DNA from: Nematocida ausubeli
Lineage: Eukaryota
DNA length: 64,000 nucleotides
Reading direction: 5' to 3'
Assembly: GCF_000738915.1 (NCBI RefSeq)
Contig: NW_026515637.1
Location: 1 to 64,000, forward strand
A program made the position numbers and the translations under genes. Shown piece by piece: positions 11,233 to 21,658 of the stretch. The notes under the pieces are model-generated. The model saw only the letters and a list, made by a program, of their open reading frames with translations. It did not search any database and was not told the DNA's origin. Positions within the stretch are counted from its first letter, which is position 1. The number at the start of each line of letters is the position of its first letter.

Positions 11233-14106
11233 TTATTCTATGGATTGATCCATTTCTAATTTGGGTTCGGAACCCTCCATATCTTCTTCTAAAGTATTTG
11301 GGTTGGAACAATCCATAACTCCCTTTTCTTCTTCTTCTCTTTCATAAACCTCTTCTAGTTTTGTTACGTAGGCATCCCAAATAACTCTAAATAACATCTC
11401 TTTATCACTTGATACACCTAAATCACCATGCATACTGTCCAGAACCTCTAAAGTCTTTTCTAAATATTTCGAATCTCCTATTTCCGGGATGGTTATATTC
11501 TTTTGCTTGGTGTCAATTGAGTTAAAGCATTCTTTTATAATCTCTGAGTACCCTTCCATTTGGCATGCAAGGCAAATCCACGTAACCCATAGCTGAGTAA
11601 TCTCCGCTTCACATGCCTTAAAGCAGTCTTTTTTTGATTCTAACATACTCGCAATTCTATGCATATTACTGCAGCTCTTGCCATTTTCTGTTATTAGCGC
11701 TATTAGACAGTTTTTCTCCTCTGTGGACAGCCATCTAAAAGAAAAAGGAAGATTAAACACCCCTGAATCTGTTTTTAGAGAAACTATTCGCTCTATCCAT
11801 TTCATGAGAATATCTGGTGACTGCCGGCTAAGCACATGCTGAAGAGCCCGCGGGGTTTCCTTAGTTGAGTATGTATGCTTGCGCATGCTCTCCGTATTTA
11901 GGTCTATGCTAGGATAGTACTCATTGTACTCTTTACTATACCGAAGAATTGGAAGGAAGTTTTTTTTAACATTCATGTCAAGCAAATCCATGCTTCCAAC
12001 AACATTTGAGATAAAGCGCACAATAGAGCTGTCAGCACCCATGTTTTTCTCAAATATATGCATTACAACGCACGACACAATCTCTTTTTTCTGCTCTATC
12101 TCGTCTATTTTCCCGAATAAAAAGATTCCTTCAATTCCCCGGAACATATCCCTTCCCACCTGCTGTATAGCTGCAATTTGAGAAGACATCACGCTTTCTT
12201 TGAGACTTCTTACCATCTGCTCTGCATAGTAAATAGCCATACAGCTGGTGAAGGTTTCTTCCCGGGCAAGAGTTTCTTTTATCTGCAAAATAGTGTTTTC
12301 TATACTTGCTATATCTTCTGGTGTCATCTGATCTTTTTCCTGCGGAGGATATGCCACTTCAGCATGCTTGGGCTCTACAGATATGCAAATTGCCTCTGTC
12401 TCTTTGTTACAGCTGTAATTTAGTGTTATGTTTCCGTATAGATATTCTCTTTTCTCTAAGCCCTTTATCGCATTTTGTTTTAATGGAGACTCAATATCAA
12501 TAGTTATGCCTTTCATGCTGTCTTCTTTTAAGAGTGATCTAAATAGACTATTTGCATATTTTTCAACACTTTTATAGATATTGAGTATGTTTTTGCCTTT
12601 TTTGAATTTGGATACAATATCGTCTAGTTCCTTCATCTTATCAGAGCTCTGATTTGTAATCTCTGCAATCACATAGAGGATGTTAAAGATGCACGCCTCA
12701 AGTTCATTTTTGTTTTTCTTAACGTACACAATTTTCTCGTTTTGTAGACATGCTACCACACGATTCCAGTCATTGTGCACGTACTGAGAGCCAGATCCAA
12801 ACATGTCGCTGTAGTCACTGAAAAAGACATTTAGCCTATCTGATGCAGATGGCATGTGTTCGGTTGTGTATCCCTGTCTCTTTGGATCATATGCAAAGCA
12901 GCAGAAAAGAGTAAGTATAGCGTTCTCCACACAGTCAGTGAATGTGCCCTTTTGTTTTTTAGCAAACTCAGATGATTCTATATAGAAAGGCACGTTGGAC
13001 TTCTCTTGTGGCAGATCCTCTTTGGTTGAAAAAGGAAGAAGGCCCAGGCGGTGGGTGGCCACTTGTATTTTCTTCACAGCTTGCACATATTTCAGGCTTT
13101 CCAAATGACCGTCTGCAGGCACAAAGCACTTTTTAAGAACCAGATCTGCCTTTTCTTTCGAATTCGCAGAGTTGCTGCTGCTCTGGATCTGCAAAGACAG
13201 CAAATCATACACCTTTTGAGCGAGCGCGCATATTTGCTGCGGTGTTCCTATATACTCAAATATGTAGCACTGGATAAGCCATCTCGCGTTATTTAGAAAC
13301 GCGCCCTGCATAAAGTTTTCAAAGCTTGTGGGCTCTGCATACTCGCCATCCTCTCTCTGTATGCTTGGACATTCCCTGCTGTTTATAAAAAACTGAATGA
13401 CTTCTATAGCTTCGTTCTGATAGAATTTTTCTTCAGTCTCTTCCATGTTTTTATTAACCGTAGTGCATAGAACACGAGTGTTTAGTGAAAAGTCCATTTT
13501 ACTGCCTGCTGTGTTTTTCAGAATGAGCTTCTTCGTTTTCTTCCCTCCCTCAAAGTAAAGCGGAATGTTGACTCCCTCACTGAGAAGGAGCAGCGCAGCA
13601 AGAATTGTGTCTGCATGCTCGGACACCTCACTGCTTCTCAGAAACGTGATAAATGCACGGTTTACAGAAGTAAAAATAGACAGAATGTTACTTTGGGACG
13701 GAAACATTTCAATCAGCGCAGAGTGGTAGCCCTTGATGTACGCTGAGGGGTTTTCATATGGCGCATCCATGTGGCTGTTTCTTTTGTTTTCTGCTACTCC
13801 TTGACCTTCTTCAGTGGCCAGGCTATAGCTTATCTTTATTTCGGGCGAGAAAAACCGCTTGTTATGCAGGAACCCGCCTTCTTTGCTGATGTATGGCCGT
13901 AGCAGGCTGAGTGGGCCTTCTGGGTTAATAACCATCTTTTTTTTGTCAATAGTGTCTATATTATGCTTGTGCAGATCTTCTATTCCATCCAGCCCTATGC
14001 GAGCGTATACTTGCTGTACCGCAAGTAGCTGAACAAGGAAGTATATGGCTTTGGCAATACAATCCGAGTATTTGATCTTTTGATTTTTTCTACTACACCT
14101 TTGCAT
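11233..14106 (-). CDS. NemLGF1-like protein (957 aa)
   Basis: Signal peptide (AIYFLVQLLAVQQVYA|RI); INPEGPLSLLR, NKRFFSPEI, EMFPS, ILAALLLLSEGV, FLNNARWLIQCYIFE, DCVENAILTLFCCFAYDP, WNRVVACLQNEKI. Confidence 0.88.
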   Translation of the reverse strand: MQRCSRKNQKIKYSDCIAKAIYFLVQLLAVQQVYARIGLDGIEDLHKHNIDTIDKKKMVINPEGPLSLLRPYISKEGGFLHNKRFFSPEIKISYSLATEEGQGVAENKRNSHMDAPYENPSAYIKGYHSALIEMFPSQSNILSIFTSVNRAFITFLRSSEVSEHADTILAALLLLSEGVNIPLYFEGGKKTKKLILKNTAGSKMDFSLNTRVLCTTVNKNMEETEEKFYQNEAIEVIQFFINSRECPSIQREDGEYAEPTSFENFMQGAFLNNARWLIQCYIFEYIGTPQQICALAQKVYDLLSLQIQSSSNSANSKEKADLVLKKCFVPADGHLESLKYVQAVKKIQVATHRLGLLPFSTKEDLPQEKSNVPFYIESSEFAKKQKGTFTDCVENAILTLFCCFAYDPKRQGYTTEHMPSASDRLNVFFSDYSDMFGSGSQYVHNDWNRVVACLQNEKIVYVKKNKNELEACIFNILYVIAEITNQSSDKMKELDDIVSKFKKGKNILNIYKSVEKYANSLFRSLLKEDSMKGITIDIESPLKQNAIKGLEKREYLYGNITLNYSCNKETEAICISVEPKHAEVAYPPQEKDQMTPEDIASIENTILQIKETLAREETFTSCMAIYYAEQMVRSLKESVMSSQIAAIQQVGRDMFRGIEGIFLFGKIDEIEQKKEIVSCVVMHIFEKNMGADSSIVRFISNVVGSMDLLDMNVKKNFLPILRYSKEYNEYYPSIDLNTESMRKHTYSTKETPRALQHVLSRQSPDILMKWIERIVSLKTDSGVFNLPFSFRWLSTEEKNCLIALITENGKSCSNMHRIASMLESKKDCFKACEAEITQLWVTWICLACQMEGYSEIIKECFNSIDTKQKNITIPEIGDSKYLEKTLEVLDSMHGDLGVSSDKEMLFRVIWDAYVTKLEEVYEREEEEKGVMDCSNPNTLEEDMEGSEPKLEMDQSIE

Positions 14107-15077
14107 TCTTTAATTTACTGGCATATGCAATTATTTTATAGTTATTTTTTACTATTGGTTCAATTTTTATGGATCAATTATAACGAATATTTATGCAAAT
14201 GCATCCAAAATGATTTGTCTGTATTAACCCCTTAACAGAACTAAAGCGCTTCTATTAGGGGTAAAAAGCAGTTCTACAGCACGCTCATTTGTGTGCATCA
14301 GAAGAGTAATATGGCCGTTATTATGCAATAAGGTTCTTCGCATGCATTCTTTTGGATAGAGAGAGGTATGCTGTATGCACATAAATATCTTTATGAAATA
14401 AGAGCGCTGGCGGATTCTCCTGACTAGCCTAGTACACTATAAGCATATTATGGGAATTTGGACTCTTTTTGCGCTGATATTCCAGATGTATGCTGATGCT
14501 TTATGTGCTGCATGTGTTCTTGGAATTTCTATTTTTATTATGCATGTTGAAAAAAGTATAGACACTGCTACAGCAGGAATTACTTTGGCAAGGCACACGA
14601 AAATAAAAAGAGAATAGTGTTTACTTATATTAGGAATGATTGGAATAAAGGCAATTCATGAGGGTGTATATAGCGCTCTCGTGTTAGGTAGCCTGCAGTA
14701 GATATTAGAATAGAACCCGAATTATTTATATTTTTCCAAATGTACAAAATAATAGTGTGTTTTCATATATTGATTTATTGTATATAGCCCGAAGTTTTAA
14801 GCTAAGCTATATGCTTTATTGGTTCTTAATTATCTTTAGGTTCAGTGCCAGCACTAGTTAGCACTATGAAAAAATGTGTTTGTGCTGTAAACCACACAGC
14901 ACACTAAGATACATGCTTTCCACTATAGTGCTATATAGAACTAGTGCAATGCAGATTTTTCTATCGAATAAAGATCAAATGTCCGCATTTTGCAAACTTA
15001 TTCAGGTTCTATCATGTCTTCAGCAAGAAATAAATGGCATGCTCTGCCTTTCTGCATAGCCACTTTTTAAGCACAGG

Positions 15078-16121
15078 CTATTTATTTTTACTTTTTTCTG
15101 AGGTTTCTATTTCTTTCATAGCCTTCGCAACAAGAATATAGCTTTCCAGCTTATTGTGCTCATCACAAAATCCAGTAGAAGTCTTTTCAGATGTTTTTTG
15201 CGCTGTACAATTTTCCCAGGAACAGCGTACATTATTTGCAGCTGCAATTGCGTTTTTTATACGCTCTAGATATTTTTTATTGTTTCCTTTAAAGGGATTG
15301 ACATCTTTATCCACATCCATATATAACTTGGGCTTTTCCTGAAATTCACTAGTGGTAGGAATGCTTTCTAAATTTTCATAGCTAATTTCTGCACATTCAG
15401 GAAGCGAGAGGGATTCAGGCGTATGAGGGCTTAGACAAGGCTCTTGCGTGGTTTCCAAACTAGAGGAATCGCATTCGTTGGTGTTTATCGGCACTTCTTT
15501 CTGTATATTTTGCTTTGCATTGTTGCAAGGCTCTTGTTTCTCTAAATCCTTTATGGGTTCAGAATTTTCTTTAGAAATGTTTAAGCCACTGTTTTTTAAA
15601 ACAGGTTCTTCCATTTCTTCACAAAAAACATCCTGTGCAGCTTTCAACTCTTCTTTATTTTCTTTGTATGCATCTACTGCGCGTGTTACTGGTTTAAAAG
15701 GATTTTGGATTTTTTTAGTCTTTTCCATATCTTGTAGCGCATTGTTTATCTCATCCATCCATTCCTCCAAGTCATCTATATGCTTTTCAGAATGTTCTGT
15801 ATAATTATTGGCGCAAATGTGTTGTGTATTTTTATTAAAATACAGCCGCAAGGAAGACACCCTTTTGGGTACAGCTGGAGCATTTTCTTCGCTGTTAGGG
15901 CTTAGCACTTGCTTGCTATCTATACTCATAGTTTGGGAGTTCTGGGGACTTATGACAGGCAGCCGATTTTGCCTGCTTGCAGGGTCTGGATTCTGGATGG
16001 AACTGTTTATAGATGTTTGGGAGTTGTTATCTAAAATATGACTGGCCTGTACTTGGCAGAGGTAGGCAAACACTAGAAGGCTTACTACTTTTACAAAACT
16101 TTTGGTTAATTTTCCTATCAT
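15078..16121 (-). CDS. Predicted secreted low-complexity/disordered protein (347 aa)
   Basis: Signal peptide VSLLVFAYLCQVQA|S; S/N/E/P-rich remainder; no known domain recognised. Confidence 0.8.
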   Translation of the reverse strand: MIGKLTKSFVKVVSLLVFAYLCQVQASHILDNNSQTSINSSIQNPDPASRQNRLPVISPQNSQTMSIDSKQVLSPNSEENAPAVPKRVSSLRLYFNKNTQHICANNYTEHSEKHIDDLEEWMDEINNALQDMEKTKKIQNPFKPVTRAVDAYKENKEELKAAQDVFCEEMEEPVLKNSGLNISKENSEPIKDLEKQEPCNNAKQNIQKEVPINTNECDSSSLETTQEPCLSPHTPESLSLPECAEISYENLESIPTTSEFQEKPKLYMDVDKDVNPFKGNNKKYLERIKNAIAAANNVRCSWENCTAQKTSEKTSTGFCDEHNKLESYILVAKAMKEIETSEKSKNK

Positions 16122-17213
16122 CTTGTTTGCTGTTTTGAAAAGAAAACTTAGTATATTTTAATATATTCTGTATGTATGTACAGAAAGTTTAATTGTTTTA
16201 TTGATCTTTCTTATTTGTTTTCACTATATAATATATTAAATTTTAAACAAACTTAACATGATTAAATACTAGACAGTCTGTCAAATAGCATTCATAACAT
16301 ACTTTAAAAAACATGTAAAGCATTTTCTGCTTAGCAATGAAGACACAGAGAGATTGGCTTTTTGCGCGCTGAAAACAAGCTTCAGCTTAAAAATCCAGCT
16401 AAATAAAGTCTAGTACGCCAAGATAACTTATAGAGCTATGCAAGATTTTCTTTATTTTTCACATTAAGGCATCCAAAGCCAAGAAATATTGCATATTATT
16501 ATTCTATGATAAAACTCTTAAAGGCCCTACAAAGTTTATGCAAAAAATAGTAAGATAGAGAATTCTAGAAACATAAAAGTATAGGTATCTATATCAGCGC
16601 ATGTTTCTACCCAGCAGTCAAAGAAACAAAGTTGTTATGGCCTTCTTGATAGGAATAGCATGGAAATTGTCCAGCTGCTTTTCGTGGGTTATTCGGGTTA
16701 TATTGGGATATGGCTGCCAGGCCAACCCTCTCTTCCAGCGCTTCTTTCGATAAATACTCCTTGTAAAAACATGTGTTTCTGGAGCGCATGGGCTATCATC
16801 CATTACCACGCATCCTACCTGTTGTAGTGGATATAATGAGAGATTGCTGCTGCTTTCCAGCTAGTTTTAAAATATGCAATCTTAGATTGGCTTAGTAAAT
16901 TCAAGCCTGCAGTACTGTAAGAATTTACTTTGTTTATGCCCTGCCCAGCATTCATGGCATTGCTAAAACCAGGTGTTTCCACCCAAAGATTAGTCTACTG
17001 GCTATGCTGTAGTGAATAACTGAAACCTAAGTTATTTAGAAAAATTTATTTTTACTAAGTATTAAAGTTTGAAATAACATCCTGTAAGAAACTAACGCTT
17101 CCATTGATCCAAACAATGAAAATTCTGGATAGCTCATACATATATGCATTCTGATTGTATAGAAGCGAAAGCATGCTACTGTCATTTTACATTTTCTCTA
17201 TCCTACTGCCTGC

Positions 17214-19706
17214 TTAACGCTTACCCTCAAGTCTATCTTTTAGTTCTTTTATTAACATATGTAGCATATCTTCTTCTTTATCTACTTCTTTTTTCGTAGT
17301 AGCTTCAGTATACATATATAAAAATAAGGGCGGGTCATCATCCACAAGCATATTATTTAGTCGGGCTATATATGTTTTCAGATAGTCGCATCTCTCCTTG
17401 ATATAATCCATGCAAGTTTCTATATATCTTATGTGGTTTTCGTATGCTTTGATAGTGTATTCATTCGAAGAATATAATCCTGAGTTATCTATTGCGCGCG
17501 CAGCATCTTTTTCTTTTATAAGAATCGCTATGTTTGTTTTAGACTTTAAACTATCCATATAACTTAGATCTAGTTCTGCTATATTTTTGTCATAAGTTGC
17601 TATGGCTTTAATATAGTTGAGGTAATCTTTATATGATGGATGATCTTTATATAAAATATCCACTGTTATTTTGTTATTTTTAATCATGTTCATGTGATCT
17701 ATTTCTATATTATTTCTGGCCTTACATATATTATCTATTTTAGAAGATATAATTAGAAACTTATTACTAGTAGCCGGGTTATTACAATTTTTTTCTTCGC
17801 GCCGATAACTAAGTTCTTGTTCCATCCAATGGTTGTAAATCCCGTCTACTGCTGCTTTGTGTTCTTTAATGTAATTTGAATGCTCTAGTTTGTTTTTTTC
17901 AATCAATTCATGTAGCTTTCGGGTTATATCATGCATTTTTATATTGTTATCTTTTAATTTTTTTACACACCAACTTAATTTAAGGAGCTTTTCTTTTTTA
18001 TTACTATAAATAGCCCATTTTTCCTCTACGATCTGTTTGAAACCTTGAATCATTACATAGTCTTTTTTCATGCCTTTTGCAAGTGCATCTGCACATTTAT
18101 CATACTGTCCCCTCACAGAAGCTATATCATTTTTGACTTTCTCGTATTTAGAATCCGAATTTCTTAACATAATCGGGATATCCACATCATTTCTATAGGC
18201 TGTGATTGCTTTTGTATTTTCCTGTGTGTATTTTACATACACAGGGTCCCATTTAAAGTCTCGCTTACTTTCTATTTCTTGAAGCTTCTGCATTTGAAAG
18301 ATAATTGATCTTATCTCGTTTACTTCTTTTTTATATAAACCCTGCCGGTTCAGTATAGAATCAGCGTATATTCTGAATTCTTCCATATCCTTAATTATAT
18401 CTTGGTGTTTTTTCAAAATTCTTTTAACATGAAAAGTCATGGCGGCAAGATAATTCGACTTAAATTTTTCTACTAACCATGTTCTATGTGTTTTTTCCAT
18501 TTTTTCAGAAAGTTTTTTACTTTTCTCCAAGGCTAACTCATATAGGATAGATTCTCTCTGTATTACAAGGCTTGCGTACTCTATTTTCTTATTATTCAAT
18601 TCCATATATGCATCAACCATTTGTATGATCTCGTCGTAGAATTCTAATTTCTCGGTCTTTAAATCATACACTATGTTCTCTTGGCTGCTACATATTTTTT
18701 CACTTTCTGTCTCCTCTTTGGGCTTTAGCATATCCAGCAATTTTTTCTGCTCATCATGTCTTAACAAGCATTGATTGGCTAGGTATCTTATTGTATTTAT
18801 CTCATTACTTCCTTTTAGTATTTTTTCATGTATCTTGTACATTTTTTTTTCTACCCAATCACCTATATCCGCTATAGACCCGGCCTTTTTAGTATATTTA
18901 ATCACATCATCAATAATGGATTTATCTTCAGAGTATTTTGAAAAGGCCTTGTCTAACTCTTTTTGTATGTCAGATAGCTCTGCTTCTTTATTTTTTAAAA
19001 GCACCACATCCATATTAAATTCCTGTAAGTTGAATTCTGACATGCTGTTCAGCTGTTTTTTTATAAATTTCTGTGGTATGGGAAGAGGGTGTTCTAAGTT
19101 TTGATCTTTGTCAGTGCTTTCATCTGTAGGTGGTATATTTTTATTACATGAGGGTTTAGCTAGGTTTGTTCTCAAAGCATTAATTGCTCTTGCATTAGAA
19201 CGCATAGTTACTAATGGTGTTCCTATCTCTTCTTTACTACTTCCTGGCTGTACTGGTGGGGTTTTTGCCCTTTTTTCACTGCCTTCTGAATTTGTTTGTA
19301 TATTTTCCGAATCTCTCACACTGCCTTCTGAATCTGTTCGCACATCTTCTGAATCTGTTTGTATATCTTCCGAATCTCTCACACTGCCTTCTGAATATCC
19401 CACACTGCCTTCTGAATCTGTTGCCATATCTTTAAAGTCTTTCTCACTGCCTTTCGACTGTTTACCGTAGCTAGAGGAATCAGATGCAGACGAATATTCA
19501 AGTTCTAGTACAGGATCTTTACTGGATGAAGGTTCATTCCCATTAGTGTGTACAGTCATTAGGATTCTTTCATCCATATTATTTTTTACTATATTGCATA
19601 GTGCGCCTTGGTTTATATATGCTAAAGCCGCTAATAAAGAGACAATGCCTACTAGCACAACAACTATGCTTATCTTCAATATTCTTGTTTGTGCGAACCA
19701 AATCAT
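17214..19706 (-). CDS. Signal-anchored long coiled-coil protein (830 aa)
   Basis: N-terminal TM segment ISIVVVLVGIVSLLAALAYI; S/D/E-rich heptad repeats followed by ~600 aa of K/E/I-rich helical sequence. Confidence 0.82.
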   Translation of the reverse strand: MIWFAQTRILKISIVVVLVGIVSLLAALAYINQGALCNIVKNNMDERILMTVHTNGNEPSSSKDPVLELEYSSASDSSSYGKQSKGSEKDFKDMATDSEGSVGYSEGSVRDSEDIQTDSEDVRTDSEGSVRDSENIQTNSEGSEKRAKTPPVQPGSSKEEIGTPLVTMRSNARAINALRTNLAKPSCNKNIPPTDESTDKDQNLEHPLPIPQKFIKKQLNSMSEFNLQEFNMDVVLLKNKEAELSDIQKELDKAFSKYSEDKSIIDDVIKYTKKAGSIADIGDWVEKKMYKIHEKILKGSNEINTIRYLANQCLLRHDEQKKLLDMLKPKEETESEKICSSQENIVYDLKTEKLEFYDEIIQMVDAYMELNNKKIEYASLVIQRESILYELALEKSKKLSEKMEKTHRTWLVEKFKSNYLAAMTFHVKRILKKHQDIIKDMEEFRIYADSILNRQGLYKKEVNEIRSIIFQMQKLQEIESKRDFKWDPVYVKYTQENTKAITAYRNDVDIPIMLRNSDSKYEKVKNDIASVRGQYDKCADALAKGMKKDYVMIQGFKQIVEEKWAIYSNKKEKLLKLSWCVKKLKDNNIKMHDITRKLHELIEKNKLEHSNYIKEHKAAVDGIYNHWMEQELSYRREEKNCNNPATSNKFLIISSKIDNICKARNNIEIDHMNMIKNNKITVDILYKDHPSYKDYLNYIKAIATYDKNIAELDLSYMDSLKSKTNIAILIKEKDAARAIDNSGLYSSNEYTIKAYENHIRYIETCMDYIKERCDYLKTYIARLNNMLVDDDPPLFLYMYTEATTKKEVDKEEDMLHMLIKELKDRLEGKR
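19269..19457 (-). repeat. Coding minisatellite, 21-bp unit x9 (SEGSVRD / SEDIQTD)
   Basis: Recurrent CACACTGCCTTCTGAATC on the + strand; protein SKGSEKD FKDMATD SEGSVGY SEGSVRD SEDIQTD SEDVRTD SEGSVRD SENIQTN SEGSEKR. Confidence 0.85.
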
Positions 19707-20257
19707 TTTTGCTAATGCTATCTGAATGCAAAGTCCTTATATAGATAATCCTTTTGTTTGTTTATATGGAGATCTGTTTACATGTAAATTAATCACCCAG
19801 AATGTAATTGAGTTTTATTTAAAACAAATATACATATTTATAATTATTATTTAGCCTATACATATTTACTAATGTGTAATTACTAATGCGTGGAAGATTT
19901 TAATGGACGCTCTCCTTCAAATAATAAATCTCGAATGCACTCTCCATTTAAAATATGTAAAGTGCACAGCCTGTCCTTCAATAGCTTTTCTTAGCTGCAC
20001 TAACATAAAATTTAAAGCTCTTATTTATTTCCATAATATACCCCGAGTGTAGTAGAACAATCATGTGGAGGTGCCTGTAAAAAGCACTACAAAGACAGAT
20101 TTTCCACTATAACAAAACAATTCGAAAACCCAAGTCGAGCGCGCCGGAACTACGCGTGGCTAAATGCATCCTGTTACTATGCAATCTAGCACATGCATAT
20201 CTACACTATAACCCAAATTTATTCGCGCCTGGACTTAAGATATACCCGGGCTTGGAA

Positions 20258-21658
20258 TTATACAGACGTTTCTTGCTCTTCAACATCGAAGAAAAAAGGC
20301 GAATGGCGGTCCTTTGCACAGTTTTGTTCCTCTTCCGTTGACATTGTCTCTTCTGCAGCGCTTCTCCTGGTATTAAGTATCAAATGGGATAGCAGTTTAT
20401 CATTTAAAGTAATCTGCTCATTTAGAATATAAAGTTGGAGTATCGCCTCTGAAACATCTGTAATCTTCTTTGCCTCTTTTTTATTTTGATTTTGCATTTC
20501 CTTTGCAGCTTCTGCTATAGACACAGCCTCTTCTGACTTTTCTGTTTTGACTACATGCTTTAATTCCGCCTTTCTTAATAAATACTGTATTTTCTCCCGC
20601 ATCCATACCTGCCTATTGAATTCCCATGTTTTATAGCATTGGTAATTGCGCGCGTTCATTGTGGGTGTATAACACGTATCTATATACTCTATGAATTTCT
20701 TATGGCTAAGGCAGCGGAATTCCTTGTTTTCATTGTTCATTTTATAGCGTGTGCATTTCTGAATGCCTATCTCGATTGCAAGTTTAATCTCCTTAATATC
20801 AGCTTTCAACTCCTTTATACTTAGATCTACTATGGTTAGATTGTTCAGATGTGCCTCATAGTCTTTATACTCGCATTCCTTCATTTTATTCATATATTTG
20901 CTTTCCTTAAAGTGGTCATTAATATTTTTCTGGATTTCTTTTTTCTGCTCCATGTACGCACAGTACTCTGTATAAAGACTTTTTAGTTCTCTGAATATCT
21001 TCTTTTTTGTTAGTTTTATCTTTTCATACTCAGCAGCTACAATTGGCAGGAGGTTTTCCTTATCTGTGTATAGTCTATCCGCAGCCTTTTGTAATTTGCT
21101 AAGTGCTTGTTCACTTGATATGCCACTAGAGGCCTGTGCACTTTCTGACTCTACTGCATTTGCTGTATTCTCATTTGAATTCTCTTCCTGCGCAGTCTCG
21201 TGTATATTTATTTTTTTCTTCAGACCACTACACTTCTCTGCATGCTCAGAGAGGCTAGCTTCTATTGCTGCTATGAGGTTTTCTATCTTCGCATTTTCTG
21301 CTTTAAAACACTTTTCTTTTATATTTTTGTCATTGGTTCCTGTACTCTGAGGCGGCGAAGGATCTATGTTCATAAACACTTCGGTTTTGTAAATTACACC
21401 ATCTACGCAGGGAGACGCATGTATGTTTTTCTTCACGTCTTCGCTCTCTTGATCGTCTTTGAATGTGCTACTTTCACATGTTCTGCTGATATTTTCTATG
21501 CTTTGCCTTTCTATGGTCTCTTCCAGTGGCGCGCTTGCTGCTAAATACATTCCAAGCCTAGAGATACACATAACAGCGGCAAACAAAAACAAATGGCTCT
21601 TTAGTGCTCTTTTCCTTCTGTTGACCATCCCTTCTTCTATCTTCTTATACAAAAACAT
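20258..21658 (-). CDS. Predicted secreted coiled-coil protein (466 aa), similar architecture to 5239-6732
   Basis: Basic N-terminus plus hydrophobic HLFLFAAVMCISRLGMYLAA; E/K-rich helices; ends RRSAAEE, like MRAAEE in 5239-6732. Confidence 0.8.
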   Translation of the reverse strand: MFLYKKIEEGMVNRRKRALKSHLFLFAAVMCISRLGMYLAASAPLEETIERQSIENISRTCESSTFKDDQESEDVKKNIHASPCVDGVIYKTEVFMNIDPSPPQSTGTNDKNIKEKCFKAENAKIENLIAAIEASLSEHAEKCSGLKKKINIHETAQEENSNENTANAVESESAQASSGISSEQALSKLQKAADRLYTDKENLLPIVAAEYEKIKLTKKKIFRELKSLYTEYCAYMEQKKEIQKNINDHFKESKYMNKMKECEYKDYEAHLNNLTIVDLSIKELKADIKEIKLAIEIGIQKCTRYKMNNENKEFRCLSHKKFIEYIDTCYTPTMNARNYQCYKTWEFNRQVWMREKIQYLLRKAELKHVVKTEKSEEAVSIAEAAKEMQNQNKKEAKKITDVSEAILQLYILNEQITLNDKLLSHLILNTRRSAAEETMSTEEEQNCAKDRHSPFFFDVEEQETSV

